Assembly (NCBI RefSeq): GCF_018350175.1
Contig: NC_058383.1
Span: 19,718,001-19,782,000 of the forward strand
Length of the DNA: 64,000 nt
Reading direction: 5' to 3'
Origin: Felis catus
Taxonomy: Eukaryota
Below, piece after piece: positions 62,616 through 64,000 of the stretch; position 1 is the first letter of the stretch, and every line of letters starts with the position of its first letter. The notes under the pieces are model-generated. The model saw only the letters and a list, made by a program, of their open reading frames with translations, did no database searches and was not told the DNA's origin. The position numbers were made by a program, and so were the translations under genes.

Positions 62616-64000
62616 TTTTTTTTTTTTTTTTTTGTTAGTCAGTGGATGGGCAGAGACCACAGGACCCCGGGCGGGACCCCGGGCCTCTAGGAGCCCAAAC
62701 AGTCTCCACAGCATAGGTCAAAAGCGATGGGAAGGCGGGACCCTCGGATTCTCTTCCATGATGATCAGGAATGCGATTGTGGCCCATAACATCAAGTAGG
62801 GAATGCCACCAGATCAGGCAGAGACAAACATCCCTTTTGCCAACTTGTGTTTTCAAAACTGGCTTGTTGAGATGAATTACAGGCGCCAACGAGACGTTTT
62901 CATAAAAGAAAAGAACCACAGTCTTTCACCAGGGGGCTTCACTTCCTGCCGGCTCTTTGTCAGCCCCCACCCCTCCCCCCCACCTCCCCTCATCCCAGGC
63001 AGCCTTGGAATTGGCTGTGAAGCTGACAGAACCAATTGAGTGCCGCAGAAAGGCAGGGAACAAACAAAAGGCACCATTTATGTCCGTGTTTGTGAATTTT
63101 CTCCATTTGATCAGCAGCCTGCAATTTAAATATATCCAAGTGTGCTTGGGAACATTTGTGGCTTAATTATCAGATTTATTGAAAACACACACATACAAAC
63201 AAAACTCTAAACTGGAAAACAACATTGAGCTTGGCCACAGAAGAGACATTTGACTCCAGTTGCTTAAAGGTGGTGTGAAAACCTCCCACATACTGTGTTT
63301 TCCATTCACTGGATACCCGTTCGGTGCCTTCCTTTCACCTCAGCGTTGCCACCTCAGCAAGGAGCCAGCGAGCCTAAACCGACCCTGAAAGAGGAGGAAG
63401 GTAAAAGAACAAAGTGTTCTGTCGAGCGGATTCCGCCGGGGTGGAAGCAAAAAGCTGATATGAAGTCAGGCAGCCAGGAACACTCACTGCCTCTCTCAGC
63501 CTTACTGTTCTCGTCCAGGAAATGGGTATGAGAACCTATGTTCCATGTGGTGGTGAGGATTGATAGGACAGCCGTTCGTCGCCAGTCATCGCCTCTATTC
63601 CGTAGCCTGTTCCAGAATCCGTATGTTCCAATCTATCAGCACAGGTGCCCCTTCCTGTTCTGTGTCCCCAGGTCCCCCAGGGCAGTGTGGAACTTCTTGA
63701 AATACAGGTCCTTGGCCGCCACCCCTGGAGTTTTCCACGTAGCAATTCTGGAGCCACGCCCAGGATTCTGCATTTTCACTAGCTTTCCAGACAACTCAGA
63801 AGCAGATGATGACTACATTCTGCGAAAGGCAGCTCTGGGGCTCACGGATGTCTGCAACGGTGGGTGAGGCAGGTGGTGGAGGGTTCCAGAAGCTGCATAA
63901 AGCTGACCTGAGGGAGAAGCCCAGAGGCTCCTGGCCAGGCTGGGTCCTCTCTCTTGCTGTTGCACAGACCCTCCTCCGCCAGTACGTCTTTGGATTCTCG

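Overview
Mammalian genomic DNA, most likely from a felid (many young SINEC_Fc-type Can-SINEs). Two convergent protein-coding genes are resolved exon by exon. NSMCE1 is on + (CpG-island promoter ~2.0-2.5 kb, coding exons 8045-33210, 256 aa from the first ATG); the codon matching the recalled human/mouse initiator reads ACG here. KDM8/JMJD5 is on - (CpG-island promoter ~58.8-60 kb, coding exons 49425-36154, 414 aa, JmjC H-x-D...H intact). The most interesting signal lies antisense inside the 18.5 kb NSMCE1 intron 2. It is an ordered series of decayed exons: a leader-like exon next to an octamer motif, up to eight immunoglobulin-domain-like exons (mostly phase-1 boundaries, LPC and Y-x-C motifs, roughly alternating V- and C2-like), then a possible transmembrane/cytoplasmic remnant. 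Together these suggest a nested, unprocessed IgSF receptor pseudogene. Other observations: signs of strong AT-to-GC drift, a ~4 kb highly degenerate tandem array in KDM8 intron 1, a GC-rich minisatellite, and several nested transposon stacks with clear target-site duplications. All gene and repeat identifications are by manual recognition from memory, without database searches.
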